Source: Bacillota bacterium (GTDB lineage: Bacteria > Bacillota > Clostridia > Christensenellales > CAG-138). Taken from it: a stretch of 64,000 nt of DNA. The DNA lies in the NCBI GenBank assembly GCA_038562375.1, contig JBCFAY010000012.1, positions 34,340 to 98,339 on the forward strand. The letters are read 5' to 3'. The position numbers and the translations under genes are program-made. The notes beneath the pieces are model-generated. The model was not told the origin of the DNA. It was given only the letters and a program-made list of their open reading frames with translations, and made no database searches. Of this stretch, positions 63,261 through 64,000 are shown in pieces. The first letter of the stretch is position 1. Every line of letters starts with the position of its first letter.

Positions 63261-63632
63261 ATGGGAAAATTCGTTGTCAAACAGACGAACACCGGCTTTA
63301 CGTTCAACCTCAAAGCCGCGAACGGCGAAATCATCGCGGTAAGCGAAGTCTACAAAACCGAGGCCTCCTGTCTGAACGGGATTGAAAGCGTAAGGAAAAA
63401 CGCCCCCGACGCCCCGATCGAGGATCAGACGGTCGAAGGATTTTCCGCGCAAAAGCATCCCAAGTTTGAACTGTATATCGACAAGGCGAGCGAGTTCCGC
63501 TTCCGCCTGACCGCCACCAACGGCCAGAACATCGCCGCGAGCGAAGGGTATAAAGCCAAATCGTCCTGCCTCAACGGGATCGAGAGCGTAAAGAAAAACG
63601 CCCCCGACGCCCCGATCGAACGCGCGGAATAA
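63261..63632 (+). CDS. YegP/DUF1508 (UPF0339) protein with two tandem repeats
   Basis: RBS caggaggg. Internal duplication: F.F.L.A.NGE.IA.SE.Y....SC.NGIESV.KNAPDAPIE occurs twice. Confidence 0.88.
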   Translation: MGKFVVKQTNTGFTFNLKAANGEIIAVSEVYKTEASCLNGIESVRKNAPDAPIEDQTVEGFSAQKHPKFELYIDKASEFRFRLTATNGQNIAASEGYKAKSSCLNGIESVKKNAPDAPIERAE

Positions 63633-63700
63633 AAGCGTTCTTTGAATAGCGATATAAAACATCGAGGGGGCTTACGCCCCCTCGATATTTGTCTAGCGAA

Positions 63701-64000
63701 CTATCCCTTTTTCGAGACGCGCCATACCGACAGCACATAGAACAGCACGGCCGTACCGAAGAGGATCAGCAGGCTGGTCATCGCCGAAACCTCCTGGCCC
63801 CCGAAGCGCATGGATACGCCCATCATCTCCCGGAAGCCGTCCACAACCTCCGAAGGCGCGCCGGCAAACGCTTCGGCCAATGGCGCTTCCATCATGACCT
63901 GCCGCAAAAGCAGCGCCGCGTGCGAGATCGGGAAGACCTTGATCACATACTGCACGGCCTCGGGCAGCATGCCCATCGGCAGATAGATGCCCGTAAGAAA
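63701..64000 (-). CDS. ABC-2-type transporter permease, C-terminal part (gene continues beyond the window)
   Basis: The frame stays open to the window edge (…FLTGIYLPMGMLPEAVQYVIKVFPISHA…). The end is hydrophobic with a basic tail. Confidence 0.65.
   Translation of the reverse strand, partial: FLTGIYLPMGMLPEAVQYVIKVFPISHAALLLRQVMMEAPLAEAFAGAPSEVVDGFREMMGVSMRFGGQEVSAMTSLLILFGTAVLFYVLSVWRVSKKG

Overview
This 64-kb window comes from a high-GC, spore-forming Firmicutes (Clostridia-type) chromosome. Core genes run at roughly 60-67% GC by eye. The assignment rests on SigG, the T-box, S-box and yybP-ykoY leaders, Gram-positive RBSs and frequent ATGA/GTGA start-stop overlaps.

I can support about 60 protein genes, 1 intact tRNA, 3 riboswitch-type leaders, several operators and terminators, and one decayed integrative element.

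Layout:
- 1-6946: a block of about 50% GC. It holds the end of a possible corrinoid protein, an MtmB-family methyltransferase without pyrrolysine, and a 4-gene BMP-family ABC importer.
- 6955-9088: a sharp switch to about 67% GC, with a 5'-truncated CobW-like gene and a URO-D/MtaA-like methyltransferase fused to a thioredoxin-like domain.
- 9.1-12.4 kb: remnant of a Tn916-type integrative element (sigma-like, Xis, Int) abutting tRNA-Leu(UAA). A second, defective tRNA-Leu-like copy with its own consensus promoter follows.
- 12.7-23 kb: DUF218 gene, Trp T-box plus TrpB2-like gene, ArsR-HMA-P1B ATPase operon, ferritin, split MetH, MgtC.
- 23-28 kb: a decayed low-GC spacer and a sugar ABC transporter locus.
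- 28.1-36.8 kb: aldolase, Zn-dehydrogenase, Man-family PTS, HPr and EI in one operon, with a divergent PucR-type regulator.
- 37-64 kb: housekeeping and stress genes. These are PBP, RsmA, PiT, DsdA, Mn-riboswitch/MntP, class I fumarase, ABC-F, rubrerythrin/PerR, SigG, bacterioferritin and S-box/MetK.

Most interesting observations:
- the non-Pyl MtmB homologue and its context
- an orphan 95-aa protein made almost entirely of Cys, Trp, Gly and Asn, with a SigK-like promoter
- a 280-bp nested inverted-repeat element after rsmA
- the self-contained PTS catabolic locus

I saw no CRISPR array, rRNA or recognisable defence system. All family assignments come from reading motifs by eye and need database confirmation.
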